Source: an uncultured Kocuria sp.
GTDB lineage: Bacteria; Actinomycetota; Actinomycetes; Actinomycetales; Micrococcaceae
Reading direction: 5' to 3'
Assembly: GCF_947500125.1 (NCBI RefSeq)
Contig: NZ_CANMRA010000002.1
Location: forward strand, 150,144-214,143
Length of the DNA: 64,000 bases
The notes under the pieces are model-generated. The model searched no databases, was not told the origin of the DNA, and was given only the letters and a program-made list of their open reading frames with translations. The position numbers and the translations under genes are program-made. Below are positions 1-9,428 of this stretch, one piece after another. Numbering within the stretch: position 1 is the stretch's first letter; each line of letters begins with the position of its first letter.

Positions 1-1270
1 CCGAGAGCACGCCGATCGCCGTGCCGCCGTGGCTGCGGCCGCCGATCCGGAAGGGGCGTTCCATGCCGGGCTCGCGTCGGCGCAGGATCACGAAGACCAC
101 CGAGACCAGGGCGTAGGCGATCACGATGGACGGGGACCCGGAGTCCACGAGCCAGCCGAGCATCTCCGCGCCGAAGAACGGCGCCACGAAGGACACGGCG
201 CCCACGAAGAGCAGGGCGTTGGCGGGGGTGCCGTACTTCGGGTGCAGGCGGCCGAACCACCGCGGCACCATCCGGGTGTTGCCGAGCGCCCACAGCAGGC
301 GGGACGCGCCCATGAGGAGGGAGTTCCAGGAGGTGAGGATGCCGGCGAGACCGCCGGCGATGAGGAGGTTGGCCACGACCGTGCTGTCGAAGGCGGAGCC
401 CATGGCGTCGGCCACGGCGATGTCCGCGCCGGAGAGGTCCTCGGCGGACATGGACGCGGAGGTGGTGAGCACGACCATCACGTACCACGCGGCGGCGAGG
501 AGCACGGAGATGATGATGGTGCCCCCGAGCTTCTTCGGCGGCAGGTGCATCTCCTCGGAGACCTGGGGGATGACGTCGAAGCCGACGAACAGGAACGGGA
601 CGGTCACGAGCACGAGGAAGAAGCCCGCGGTGCCGGGGGTGAAGAACGGCTCCATGGTGGCCGCGGAGCCCTCGGTGAACGCGCCGAAGAGCATCATGAG
701 CCCCACGATCAGCAGGAAGAGGATCACGAAGATCTGCACCACGGAGGCGTGCTTGACGCCCCGGATGTTGATCCCGGTGATCAGGACGGCGGTCAGCGCC
801 CCCACCAGCGCCCAGGTCAGGTTCACCTCGAAGCCGGCCACCGTCCACAGCGGGATCTGGCTCAGGCCGGGGAAGATGTACTGCGCGGTGCGCGGCACCG
901 CGACGGCCTCGAAGGCCACGATGGTGATGTAGCCGCCCGTGATGGCCCAGGAGCCCACGAACGCCCAGCGCGCGCCCATGCCGCGCAGGAGGTAGTTGTG
1001 CTCCCCGCCGGCGTACGGCATGGCGGCGACGAGCTCGCCGTAGACGAGTCCCACGACGGCCATGATGAGCCCGCCGGTGACGAGGGCCAGCACGGCGCCC
1101 ATGGTGCCGGCCTCGGCGAGCCACTCGCCGGTGAGGATGACCCAGCCGAAGCCGATCATCGCGCCGAAGCCGAGGGCGATCGCGTCGAGGCGGCCCAGGA
1201 CCTTCTTGAAGCCGTGGTCCTCGCGGTCCGGGGCCTCGGGCCCCGCGCTGCGGGGTTCGATGGTGCTCAT
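1..1270 (-). CDS. APC-family amino acid permease (C-terminus runs off the window start)
   Basis: Manual translation from ATG 1270: MSTIEPRSAGPEAPDREDHGFKKVLGRLDAIALGFGAMIGFGWVILTGEWLAEAGTMGAVLALVTGG...GELVAAMPYAGGEHNYL; multiple TM helices, APC-type GAMIGFG motif. Not in the ORF track because no stop lies inside the window. Confidence 0.9.
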   Translation of the reverse strand, partial: MSTIEPRSAGPEAPDREDHGFKKVLGRLDAIALGFGAMIGFGWVILTGEWLAEAGTMGAVLALVTGGLIMAVVGLVYGELVAAMPYAGGEHNYLLRGMGARWAFVGSWAITGGYITIVAFEAVAVPRTAQYIFPGLSQIPLWTVAGFEVNLTWALVGALTAVLITGINIRGVKHASVVQIFVILFLLIVGLMMLFGAFTEGSAATMEPFFTPGTAGFFLVLVTVPFLFVGFDVIPQVSEEMHLPPKKLGGTIIISVLLAAAWYVMVVLTTSASMSAEDLSGADIAVADAMGSAFDSTVVANLLIAGGLAGILTSWNSLLMGASRLLWALGNTRMVPRWFGRLHPKYGTPANALLFVGAVSFVAPFFGAEMLGWLVDSGSPSIVIAYALVSVVFVILRRREPGMERPFRIGGRSHGGTAIGVLS

Positions 1271-1350
1271 GGGAGTTCTTCCTTCTGTCGAGGACACCGC
1301 GACGAGGTGCCTGGTCCGAGCTGCCGCACGGCACTCCCGGCGGCGAGGGC

Positions 1351-1370
1351 ACAATTTATACAGGGATTGT
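1351..1370. promoter_or_regulatory. AT-rich inverted repeat ACAAT-N10-ATTGT, putative operator/promoter region between permease and DAK
   Basis: ACAAT 1351-1355 and ATTGT 1366-1370 in an AT-rich patch of a divergent intergenic region. Confidence 0.35.
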
Positions 1371-1537
1371 TTCGTTTCTGTGTGCCGCCTGGAAGTCGGA
1401 GGGGGCGAACGCCCGCGGCGAACGGCGCGGCGGCCGTCTCCCCGGGCAGGGGCGATCGGTGGGACCCTTGGCGGCGGGTCCCCGTCCGTGGTCTGCTGGT
1501 GCCGAGTCTCCACCGTCCCCGCGACCGAAGGACCGCC

Positions 1538-3235
1538 ATGCGCAAACTGATCAACGACCCCGCCGACGTGGTCGAGGACCTCATCACCGGGCTCACCGCC
1601 CGCAATCGCGAGCTCGCCCGGGTGACCGGCCGGCCCGTCGTCGTGCGGGCGCAGCGGGCGGACGGGAAGGTGGCGCTCATCTCCGGCGGGGGCTCCGGGC
1701 ACGAACCCGCCCACGCCGGTTTCGTGGGCCGCGGCATGCTCGACGCCGCCGTCTGCGGACCGGTGTTCACCTCCCCGTCGGTGGACGCCGTGCAGGCGGC
1801 GCTGCAGGCGGTCGGCGAGGACCGGGACGTGCTGCTCGTCGTGAAGAACTACACCGGGGACCGCCTGAACTTCGGGCTGGCCGCGGAGACCGCGCAGGCC
1901 GCCGGGCAGACCGTGGCCACGGTCGTCGTGGCCGACGACGTCGCCCTGGGCGACTCCGCCGGCGCGGGCCGCCGCGGGGTCGGCGGCACGGTGCTCGTGC
2001 ACAAGATCGCCGGTGCGGCCGCCGAGGCCGGCCGCGGGGTCGCAGAGATCCAGGACCTGGTCGAGCAGTTCCTGCCGGGGATGGGCACCATGGGTCTCGC
2101 CCTGGGCCCGAGCCTCGCCCCCGGGGCCGAGGACACCAACTTCGACCTCGGTCACGACGAGGTGGAGTGGGGGCTGGGCATCCACGGTGAACCGGGCCTG
2201 GAGCGCGGCACCGCCGACTCCGCCCGGTACGTCGCCTCCCGGCTGGTCGACACCGTCGTGGCGGACCGGGGACTGCGCGAGGGGGATCCTGTCGTCGTGC
2301 TGGTCAACGGGCTGGGGGCCACGCCGCCGCTGGAGCTGGAGATCCTCGCGGGCGAGGTGCTCACGGCGGCCCGGCGGCACGGGCTCGACGTGCGCCTGTG
2401 CTGGTCCGGGACCCTCCTGACCAGCCTGGACATGCCCGGTGCCTCGGTCACGCTGGCCCGGGTGGACGACGAGCTGCTGGAGCTGCTGAGCGCCGGCAGC
2501 GACGCCCCCGGATGGATCGCCCCCACGGTCCCGGCCGGGTCCCCGCGCGAGACCGCCGTGGACCTGCCCGACCCGCTGGCGGACCTGGCCGGCGCCGAGC
2601 CGGTGGCCCCCGCCGTGCTCGACGCGCTGTGGCGCGCCGTGGACGCGGTCGAGGAGGCGGAGCCGCGGCTGACCGAGCTCGACCGGAAGGTCGGGGACGG
2701 GGACCTGGGCACCAACCTCGCCCGGGGGGCGCGGGCCCTGCGGGCGCACCGGGAGCAGCTGGGCGCGGCCCCGGACCTGCGGACCTGGTTCCGGGCCGTC
2801 GCCCAGCTCCTGCAGGACGAGGTCGGGGGCACCTCCGGGCCGCTCTACTCGTTGTTCGTCCTGGCCCTCGGCGAGGCCTTCGAGCCCGGGGAGCGGCAGG
2901 TCCGGCCCGAAGCCCTCGCCGCAGGGTTCCAGGACGCCGTGGCCCGCCTGCAGGAGCTCGGCGGCGCCCGGGTGGGGGACTCCACCATGATGGACGCGCT
3001 CCTCCCCGCCGCCGGGACCCTGGCCGGGGTCCCGGCCGGGGAGCTCGCCCCGCACCGGATCGCCCCCCGGCTCCTGGCCCGTGCCGAGGAGGGGACGGCG
3101 GCCACGACCGGGGTGGTGGCCGGACTCGGTCGCTCCAGCTACGTGGGGGAGCGGGCCGTCGGCACCCCGGACCCCGGCGCGGTGGCCGTCACCGTCTGGC
3201 TCGAGGCCGTCCTGCGCCCGTGGTCGGGCGGCTGA
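1538..3235 (+). CDS. dhaK: Dihydroxyacetone kinase, fused DhaK-DhaL (DAK1/DAK2)
   Basis: MRKLINDP start; GGGSGHEP, KNYTGDRLNF, GIHGEPG motifs, then DAK2 domain (LDRKVGDGDLG, GGTSGPLY, GRSSYVG, DPGA). Start reset from the 29..3235 ORF to ATG 1538. Confidence 0.92.
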   Translation: MRKLINDPADVVEDLITGLTARNRELARVTGRPVVVRAQRADGKVALISGGGSGHEPAHAGFVGRGMLDAAVCGPVFTSPSVDAVQAALQAVGEDRDVLLVVKNYTGDRLNFGLAAETAQAAGQTVATVVVADDVALGDSAGAGRRGVGGTVLVHKIAGAAAEAGRGVAEIQDLVEQFLPGMGTMGLALGPSLAPGAEDTNFDLGHDEVEWGLGIHGEPGLERGTADSARYVASRLVDTVVADRGLREGDPVVVLVNGLGATPPLELEILAGEVLTAARRHGLDVRLCWSGTLLTSLDMPGASVTLARVDDELLELLSAGSDAPGWIAPTVPAGSPRETAVDLPDPLADLAGAEPVAPAVLDALWRAVDAVEEAEPRLTELDRKVGDGDLGTNLARGARALRAHREQLGAAPDLRTWFRAVAQLLQDEVGGTSGPLYSLFVLALGEAFEPGERQVRPEALAAGFQDAVARLQELGGARVGDSTMMDALLPAAGTLAGVPAGELAPHRIAPRLLARAEEGTAATTGVVAGLGRSSYVGERAVGTPDPGAVAVTVWLEAVLRPWSGG

Positions 3236-3309
3236 CCCGCGACCCGGCCGCGACGCCCCCGGACTAGGCTGGTCACCGCAGACCGACCCGCAACGAAAGG
3301 ACCCGGACG

Positions 3310-3645
3310 ATGGACAACCTGGACAGCCTGCCCAGCGCCTCGGTGGAGGAGATCCCCGAGGGCGCTCGCATCCTCGATGTGCGCGAGGACGAGGAGTGGG
3401 AGGCCGGGCACATCGACGGCGCCCAGCACATCCCGCTCCGGCAGCTCCCGGAGCGCTACGGCGAGGTGCCGGTGGACGAGGACGTGTACGTGATCTGCCG
3501 CTCCGGCGGCCGTTCCCTCAAGGCGACGGCGTACCTCCAGCAGTACGGCTTCGACCCCGTCAACGTCCTGGGCGGCATGGGGGCGTGGCTGGACGCCGAG
3601 AAGCCCATGGTGTCCGAGACGGGCGAGACCCCGACCGTCCGGTGA
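3310..3645 (+). CDS. Rhodanese-like domain protein
   Basis: ILDVRE..EWEAGHIDGAQHIP and active-site loop ICRSGGRS. Confidence 0.9.
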   Translation: MDNLDSLPSASVEEIPEGARILDVREDEEWEAGHIDGAQHIPLRQLPERYGEVPVDEDVYVICRSGGRSLKATAYLQQYGFDPVNVLGGMGAWLDAEKPMVSETGETPTVR

Positions 3646-4643
3646 GGTACGCCTACCTGGGTCCAGCCGGCACCTTCACCGAGGCCGCGCTGCTGGGCGT
3701 GGAGGGCGCCCGGGAGGCCGAGCGCCGCCCCGTGTCCTCCGTGCCCGTGGCGCTCGCGGCCGTCCGCGCCGGCGAGGTCGACGCCGCCATGGTGCCCATC
3801 GAGAACTCCGTGGAGGGCGGTGTGACCGCCACCCTCGACGCCGTGGCCTCGGGTAGCGAGCTGCGCATCGTCCGTGAGGCGCTAGTGCCCATCAGCTTCG
3901 TGCTCGTCGCCCCGCCCGGCACGGCGCTCGCCGACGTCCGCACCGTCTCCACGCACTCCCACGCCTGGGCCCAGGTGCGGGGCTGGATGGACGAGCGGCT
4001 GCCGGGCGTCGACTACGTCCCGGCGTCCTCCACGGCCGCCGCGGCGCTCGCGCTGCTGCCCGGCGGGCCGGGGCGCGAGGAGCCGGCGCGGGACGTCGGC
4101 TTCGACGCCGCGGTCTGCTCGCCCGTGGTCGTCGAGCAGCACCCCGAGCTCGAGGTGCTGGCGGAGGACATCGGGGACAACAGGGCCGCCGTCACCCGGT
4201 TCGTGCTCGTGGCCCGGCCCGAGGCTCCGCTGCCGCCGCGCACGGGCGCGGACCGGACCACGCTCGTCATCCCGCTGTGGGAGGACCGGGCCGGAGCCCT
4301 GATGGAGATCCTCGAGCAGTTCGCGACCCGGGGGGTCAACCTCTCGCGGATCGAGTCCCGGCCCACGGGCAACTTCCTCGGCGAGTACTTCTTCAGCGTG
4401 GACGTGGACGGGCACATCCTCGACGCACGCGTGGCCGACGCCCTCGAGGGGCTGCGCCGCGTCTGTCCCAGCACGCGCTTCCTGGGCTCCTATCCGCGGG
4501 CCGACCACAAGGTGGCGACCGTCGCCCGGCACCACTCCGACGGGGCCTTCCGCGAGGCGGAGGCCTGGGTCGCCGCCCTGCAGGGGCGCGACCGCCGGGC
4601 CCCGGACGCCCTGTCCGCACCGGGCGCGCCGGGACCCGCGTAA
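3642..4643 (+). CDS. pheA: Prephenate dehydratase
   Basis: YLGPAGTFTE, VPIENSVEG, TRF motif, ACT domain with LSRIESRP; GTG start overlaps the rhodanese stop (GTGA). Confidence 0.95.
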   Translation: MRYAYLGPAGTFTEAALLGVEGAREAERRPVSSVPVALAAVRAGEVDAAMVPIENSVEGGVTATLDAVASGSELRIVREALVPISFVLVAPPGTALADVRTVSTHSHAWAQVRGWMDERLPGVDYVPASSTAAAALALLPGGPGREEPARDVGFDAAVCSPVVVEQHPELEVLAEDIGDNRAAVTRFVLVARPEAPLPPRTGADRTTLVIPLWEDRAGALMEILEQFATRGVNLSRIESRPTGNFLGEYFFSVDVDGHILDARVADALEGLRRVCPSTRFLGSYPRADHKVATVARHHSDGAFREAEAWVAALQGRDRRAPDALSAPGAPGPA

Positions 4644-4786
4644 CGGGAGGACGCGCACCACACCCCGCTTGTTAGCAATTGCGAATACATGCACCATGGG
4701 GAGTGCGGGCGCGTCCGTGCCCGCGATCTTCAGCCGGTGTCGATCGACCCCCCGGGTCGGGACCGAGCCCGACCGGAGGTGCCACC

Positions 4787-5113
4787 ATGCCCGCTCCCGC
4801 CGTCCGCCGACTCGCCCTCGCCGCAGCGCCCGCCGTCCTGGCCTGTGCGCTCGCCGCTCCGCCGGCGGCGGCGGCCGCATCGCCCGAGCCCACCCAGGTG
4901 GTCCGCGTCGAGGTCGGGCCCGGCCCCGTCGTCGGCGACCCGCGGACCGCCGACGCGCTGGACCTCGTGCCGGCCTCCCGCGTGGTCCCGGAGCCGGGCG
5001 CCCCGCTCACGGAGCGCGGGCAGGGCCCGATCCTCGCCGTGGGGCTTGCCGTGCTCGCCCTCGTGGGCGCGTTCGTGGCGGGCCTGAGCCGCCGGCCCGA
5101 CCCCGCCGACTGA
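4787..5113 (+). CDS. Small exported, C-terminally membrane-anchored hypothetical protein
   Basis: GGAGG SD before ATG 4787; signal-peptide-like N-terminus, Pro-rich middle, C-terminal TM followed by RR. Confidence 0.6.
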   Translation: MPAPAVRRLALAAAPAVLACALAAPPAAAAASPEPTQVVRVEVGPGPVVGDPRTADALDLVPASRVVPEPGAPLTERGQGPILAVGLAVLALVGAFVAGLSRRPDPAD

Positions 5114-5149
5114 CCCGCGCCGCCCGGCGCCGGAGCGCCGGAGCGGACG

Positions 5150-6091
5150 TCAGTCGCCCTGCGTGGGCGGGACCCGCACGGAGAGCGCGCCGGGGAGGAT
5201 CTCGGACTCGAACCCGTTGATCAGCCCGGTGCCGTCCCCGTCCATCTGGGACTCGATGGGCTCGTGGAACTCCACGCGCACCTTCTTGGCGGCGAAGAAC
5301 TCGATCACGGGCAGGTCGCGCCGCTGCCGGAAGACGACCTTGGCTGCCATCAGCGCCCACTCCAGCGTGCTGCGCGGCGACATCACCACGAGGTCCAGCA
5401 GGCCGTCGTTGATCTTCGCCTGCGGCACCAGGATCAGGCCCGCGGTCAGGATCCCGCAGTTGGCGGCCATCACGGAGCGGACGCGGCGGCTCTGCCACTC
5501 GCCGTCGTCGATCCGGAAGCGCGCCCACCGCGGGGGCGCGATCAGGTGCCGGACCCCGGCCTCCCCGTAGGCCGCCCACCCGACCAGCTTCTTCAGCTCG
5601 TCCCGGGTGTCCGTCATGATCTGGGCGTCGAAGCCGGCCCCGCCCATGACGCAGAACGCGTGCTCCCGCACCGTCCCGTCCTGGAGCTCCACGCGGAACG
5701 TGGCCATGTCGATGGCGCGCTCCGCGCCGAAGAGCGCGATGTCCACGTTGCGGTGCGGATCGCCCAGGTCGGCGCCCAGGTTGCGGGCCAGCAGGTTGCC
5801 GGTGCCCAGCGGGATCAGGCCCAGCGGGGTGTCGTGGCCGATCATGGCCTCCGCCACGGCCCGGACGGTGCCGTCGCCGCCGGCGGCGACGATCAGGTCG
5901 ACGCCCTGCTCGAGCGCCCGCCGGGTCATGGCGGCGCCCGGGTCGTCCTCCGCCGTCTCCAGGAACACGGGATCCGGGAGCCCGCCCTTGCGGCAGCCGA
6001 TGATGACCGCGTCGCGGGCGACGTCCGCGTCGGCCTTGATGGGATTGATGACGACGGCGACCCGTTTGGGGGCCACTGGGGTGGCGGTCAC
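5150..6091 (-). CDS. Diacylglycerol kinase family lipid kinase (YegS/BmrU-like)
   Basis: [38 protein letters not shown] motifs. Confidence 0.92.
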   Translation of the reverse strand: MTATPVAPKRVAVVINPIKADADVARDAVIIGCRKGGLPDPVFLETAEDDPGAAMTRRALEQGVDLIVAAGGDGTVRAVAEAMIGHDTPLGLIPLGTGNLLARNLGADLGDPHRNVDIALFGAERAIDMATFRVELQDGTVREHAFCVMGGAGFDAQIMTDTRDELKKLVGWAAYGEAGVRHLIAPPRWARFRIDDGEWQSRRVRSVMAANCGILTAGLILVPQAKINDGLLDLVVMSPRSTLEWALMAAKVVFRQRRDLPVIEFFAAKKVRVEFHEPIESQMDGDGTGLINGFESEILPGALSVRVPPTQGD

Positions 6092-6249
6092 GGAAGGACT
6101 CCTCGGTTCTGCGGCGCCGGGGCCGGTGGCACCGTGCGGTGGGGGCGGTGGGCCGCGGCGCGGTGCCGCGGGCCCGGGGCGCCGGGCGGATCGCGGCGGG
6201 CCTCCACCCTAACCCGGTCGCGCCCCGGGGACTTGGGTACCCTGTTGGG

Positions 6250-7554
6250 GTGATCGACATCAACCAGCTCCGTGAGAACCCCGACGTCTTCCGCGCCTCG
6301 CAGCGTGCCCGCGGGGCGGACGTCTCCCTGATCGACCGGATCCTGGAGGCGGACGTCGAGCGCCGTCACCTGATCACCGAGTACGAGTCCCTCCGGGCCG
6401 AGCAGAACGCCTTCGGCAAGCAGGTCGCCCGGGCCCGGGGCGAGGAGAAGCAGGCCCTGCTCGCCGAGGTGAAGGACCTGGCGGCCCGGGTCAAGGAGGC
6501 GCAGGCGGCGTCGGAGGCCGCCCGGTCCCGGCAGGACGAGCTCGTGGCGGTCGTGGACAACCTCGTGCTCGAGGGCGTCCCCACGGGCGGCGAGGACGAC
6601 TTCGTCCTGCTCAGGACCGTCGGCGAGCCCCGCGACTTCGCCGGCGAGGGCCTCGAGCCGAAGGACCACCTCGAGATCGGTGAGCTCGTGGACGGCATCG
6701 ACATGGAGCGGGGCTCCAAGGTCTCCGGCGCCCGGTTCTACTTCCTGAAGCGGGACGTCGCCCGGCTCGAGACCGCCCTGCTGCTCATGGGCCAGGACCA
6801 GGCCGTGGACAACGGGTTCGTCCCCATGACCACCCCGAACCTGGTGCGCCCCGAGATCATGAGCGGCACGGGCTTCGACGTGGGGCACTCCGACGAGATC
6901 TACCACGTGGGCAAGGACGAGCTCTACCTCGTCGGCACCTCGGAGGTGCCTCTCGCCGGGTTCCACGCCGACGAGATCCTCGACCTCTCCGAGGGGCCGC
7001 TGCGCTATGCCGGCTGGTCCTCCTGCTACCGCCGCGAGGCCGGCTCCGGGGGCAAGGACACCCGGGGCATCATCCGCGTGCACCAGTTCAACAAGCTGGA
7101 GATGTTCGTCTACTGCTCCCCGGAGGACGCGGAGGCGGAGCACGCGCGGCTGCTCGCGTGGGAGGAGGAGATGCTCGCCAAGTGCGAGCTCGCCTACCGC
7201 GTGATCGACACCGCCGCCGGGGACCTCGGCACCTCCGCCGCCCGCAAGTTCGACTGCGAGGCGTGGGTGCCCACCCAGGGCAAGTACCGCGAACTGACGT
7301 CGACGTCGAACTGCACCACCTACCAGGCGCGGCGGCTCAACATCCGGGAGCGGCTGCCGGAGACCACGGACGCCGCCGGCAAGGTCCGCAAGGGCGGCAC
7401 CCGCACGGTGGCCACCCTCAACGGGACGCTGGCCACCACCCGCTGGCTGGCCGCCATCCTCGAGACCCACCAGCAGGCCGACGGCTCGGTGCGCGTCCCC
7501 GAGGCGCTGCGGCCCTATCTGCGCGGCCAGGAGGTCATTCCCGTCCGTCGCTGA
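6250..7554 (+). CDS. serS: Serine--tRNA ligase
   Basis: [11 protein letters not shown], coiled-coil arm, [33 protein letters not shown]; GTG start 6 nt after a TACCCT -10. Confidence 0.97.
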   Translation: MIDINQLRENPDVFRASQRARGADVSLIDRILEADVERRHLITEYESLRAEQNAFGKQVARARGEEKQALLAEVKDLAARVKEAQAASEAARSRQDELVAVVDNLVLEGVPTGGEDDFVLLRTVGEPRDFAGEGLEPKDHLEIGELVDGIDMERGSKVSGARFYFLKRDVARLETALLLMGQDQAVDNGFVPMTTPNLVRPEIMSGTGFDVGHSDEIYHVGKDELYLVGTSEVPLAGFHADEILDLSEGPLRYAGWSSCYRREAGSGGKDTRGIIRVHQFNKLEMFVYCSPEDAEAEHARLLAWEEEMLAKCELAYRVIDTAAGDLGTSAARKFDCEAWVPTQGKYRELTSTSNCTTYQARRLNIRERLPETTDAAGKVRKGGTRTVATLNGTLATTRWLAAILETHQQADGSVRVPEALRPYLRGQEVIPVRR

Positions 7555-7628
7555 GCCGCCGGACGGCGTTCGGCTCCCGTTCATCTCACATCGAAATCTC
7601 GGCCATCCTGTCGGTGTGATGTGGCACC

Positions 7629-8630
7629 ATGTCCCGCATGACAAAAGAAAAGACCGCTGGCACCGAGGACCAGCACGAACTCGTCGGCATCAACTCCACC
7701 GTCCCGCTGAAGGTCGAGCACTCGGAGGACCTCAGCGACACTGCCGGCGGCACCACCGCGCCCGCGCGCTCCGCCGCCGACGTCCGGATCCCCCTCAAGG
7801 TCCAGCCTCCCCGCTCGAACGGGTGGAAGAAGGAGGCGGGCGTCCGGTACCTGGTGGCCCTCGACGTCGACGGAACCCTCGTCGACCACGACGGCCACAT
7901 GTCCCGGCCGGTGCGCGAGGCGGCCCAGGCCGTGCTCGAGGCCGGCCACCACGTGGTCATCTCCACCGGCCGCTCCAAGGGGGCCACCCTGCCCGTGGTC
8001 GAGCTCATCGGCCAGGAGCGCGGCTACGCCGTGTGCTCCAACGGGGGCATGACGCTCGAGCTGGACCCGGAGCTGCCCGAGTACCACCGGGTGCTCGAGT
8101 GCGTCTCCTTCGACCCCGGCCAGGCCCTCGAGGCCCTCGAGCAGCGCCTGCCCACCGCGAAGTTCGCCCTCGAGACCGAGGACGGGTCCTTCTACTCCAC
8201 GGAGCGCTTCCAGGACGCGTCCTTCGGCATCGAGGCGATCGGCGTGGACCTGCACCAGCTGGCGCGGATGAAGGCCGTGCGCATGGTGGTGTACAGCACC
8301 GAGCACACCCCGGAGGAGTTCGCCCTGGCGATCGACGAGGCCGGGCTGCACGGCGTCACCTACTCGGTCGGCTGGAGCGCCTGGCTCGACATCGCCGCCA
8401 ACGGCGTGTCCAAGGCCAGCGCCCTGGAGCAGGTCCGCCGCCGGCTCGGGGTGGACCCGTCCCACACGGTCGCGGTCGGCGACGGCCGCAACGACATCGA
8501 GATGCTCGACTGGGCCGCCCGCGGCGTGGCCATGGGCCAGTCCCCGGACGAGGTCGCGGCGGCGTGCCACGAGGTGACGCACACGGTCTACGAGGACGGC
8601 GTCGCCCGCATCCTGCGCTCGCTGGTCTGA
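7629..8630 (+). CDS. Cof-type HAD-IIB hydrolase with N-terminal extension
   Basis: LVALDVDGTL, STGR, SNGG, GVSKASAL, GDGRND motifs; alternative start ATG 7638. Confidence 0.9.
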   Translation: MSRMTKEKTAGTEDQHELVGINSTVPLKVEHSEDLSDTAGGTTAPARSAADVRIPLKVQPPRSNGWKKEAGVRYLVALDVDGTLVDHDGHMSRPVREAAQAVLEAGHHVVISTGRSKGATLPVVELIGQERGYAVCSNGGMTLELDPELPEYHRVLECVSFDPGQALEALEQRLPTAKFALETEDGSFYSTERFQDASFGIEAIGVDLHQLARMKAVRMVVYSTEHTPEEFALAIDEAGLHGVTYSVGWSAWLDIAANGVSKASALEQVRRRLGVDPSHTVAVGDGRNDIEMLDWAARGVAMGQSPDEVAAACHEVTHTVYEDGVARILRSLV

Positions 8631-8696
8631 GTCCCGCGGGGCACGGGGCCGCACTCGTCGTGCAGTCGTGGCCGGACGCCGCGACACCCTCGAGGG

Positions 8697-8712
8697 TGTG
8701 ACCTGCGTCACT
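8697..8712. promoter_or_regulatory. CRP/GlxR-type binding site upstream of osmoprotectant ABC operon
   Basis: TGTGA-CCTGCG-TCACT, 9/10 match to TGTGA-N6-TCACA; -10 candidate TAAGGT at 8731-8736. Confidence 0.55.
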
Positions 8713-8786
8713 CCGATGAAAACGGAGTGGTAAGGTGCACAGCAGACCGGGTGACGACGTCATCGACGACGACCGAGAGGTGTGCC

Positions 8787-9428
8787 GTGATCGAGTACGT
8801 GTCCGACCGGTGGGAGCAGATCCTCTTCTCCAGCTGGCAGCACTTCTCCCTGGTGGTCCAGTGCCTGATCCTGGCCACCGTCCTCGCCGTGGGCATCGCG
8901 GCGCTGTGCTACCGCTCGCCCCGGCTCACGGCCGTGGCCAACAACGTCTCCGCCGTGGGCCTGACCATCCCCTCCTTCGCGCTCATCGGCCTGCTGATCG
9001 CCCCGCTGGGCTTCGGGGTGACCCCCGCGGTCGTCGTCGTCACCTTCTTCGCCGTCCTCCCCGTCCTGCGCAACGCGGTCGTCGGGCTGGCCGGGGTCCC
9101 GCAGGCCACCGTCGAGGCCGCGCGCGGCCTCGGCATGGGCCGGGCGGCGACCTTCCTGCGCGTGGAGCTGCCGATGGCCTGGCCGGTCATCCAGGCCGGC
9201 ATGCGGGTCTCGGCGCAGATGGTGATGGGCGTGGCCGCCATCGCCGCCTACGTGCTCGGCCCCGGTCTGGGCGGCTTCATCTTCTCCGGCCTCTCGCGGC
9301 TCGGGGGCGCGAACTCCTTCGCGTCGGTCGTCACCGGCGTCGTCGCCGTCATCGTCGTCGCACTCATCCTGGACGGGCTGCTCGTGCTGCTCGGCCGACT
9401 CACCACATCGCGAGGTATCCGTGTCTGA
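8787..9428 (+). CDS. Osmoprotectant (glycine betaine/choline-type) ABC transporter permease
   Basis: TIPSFAL, EAARGLGM (EAA loop), VELPMAWPVI. Confidence 0.9.
   Translation: MIEYVSDRWEQILFSSWQHFSLVVQCLILATVLAVGIAALCYRSPRLTAVANNVSAVGLTIPSFALIGLLIAPLGFGVTPAVVVVTFFAVLPVLRNAVVGLAGVPQATVEAARGLGMGRAATFLRVELPMAWPVIQAGMRVSAQMVMGVAAIAAYVLGPGLGGFIFSGLSRLGGANSFASVVTGVVAVIVVALILDGLLVLLGRLTTSRGIRV

Noticed and set aside
29-1537. N-terminal 503 aa of the 1068-aa ORF 29..3235
   Set aside because: Shadow frame antisense to the amino-acid permease; the real DAK begins at ATG 1538. Not a fusion.
4990-5030. LTERG as a sortase (LPxTG-like) signal in the small surface protein
   Set aside because: Only L and G match; not convincing.
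7609-7630. PafBC/RecA-NDp-like TGTCGG-N10-CACCAT upstream of the HAD gene
   Set aside because: -10 lacks the conserved TA and TGTCGG is frequent in GC-rich DNA; insufficient support.
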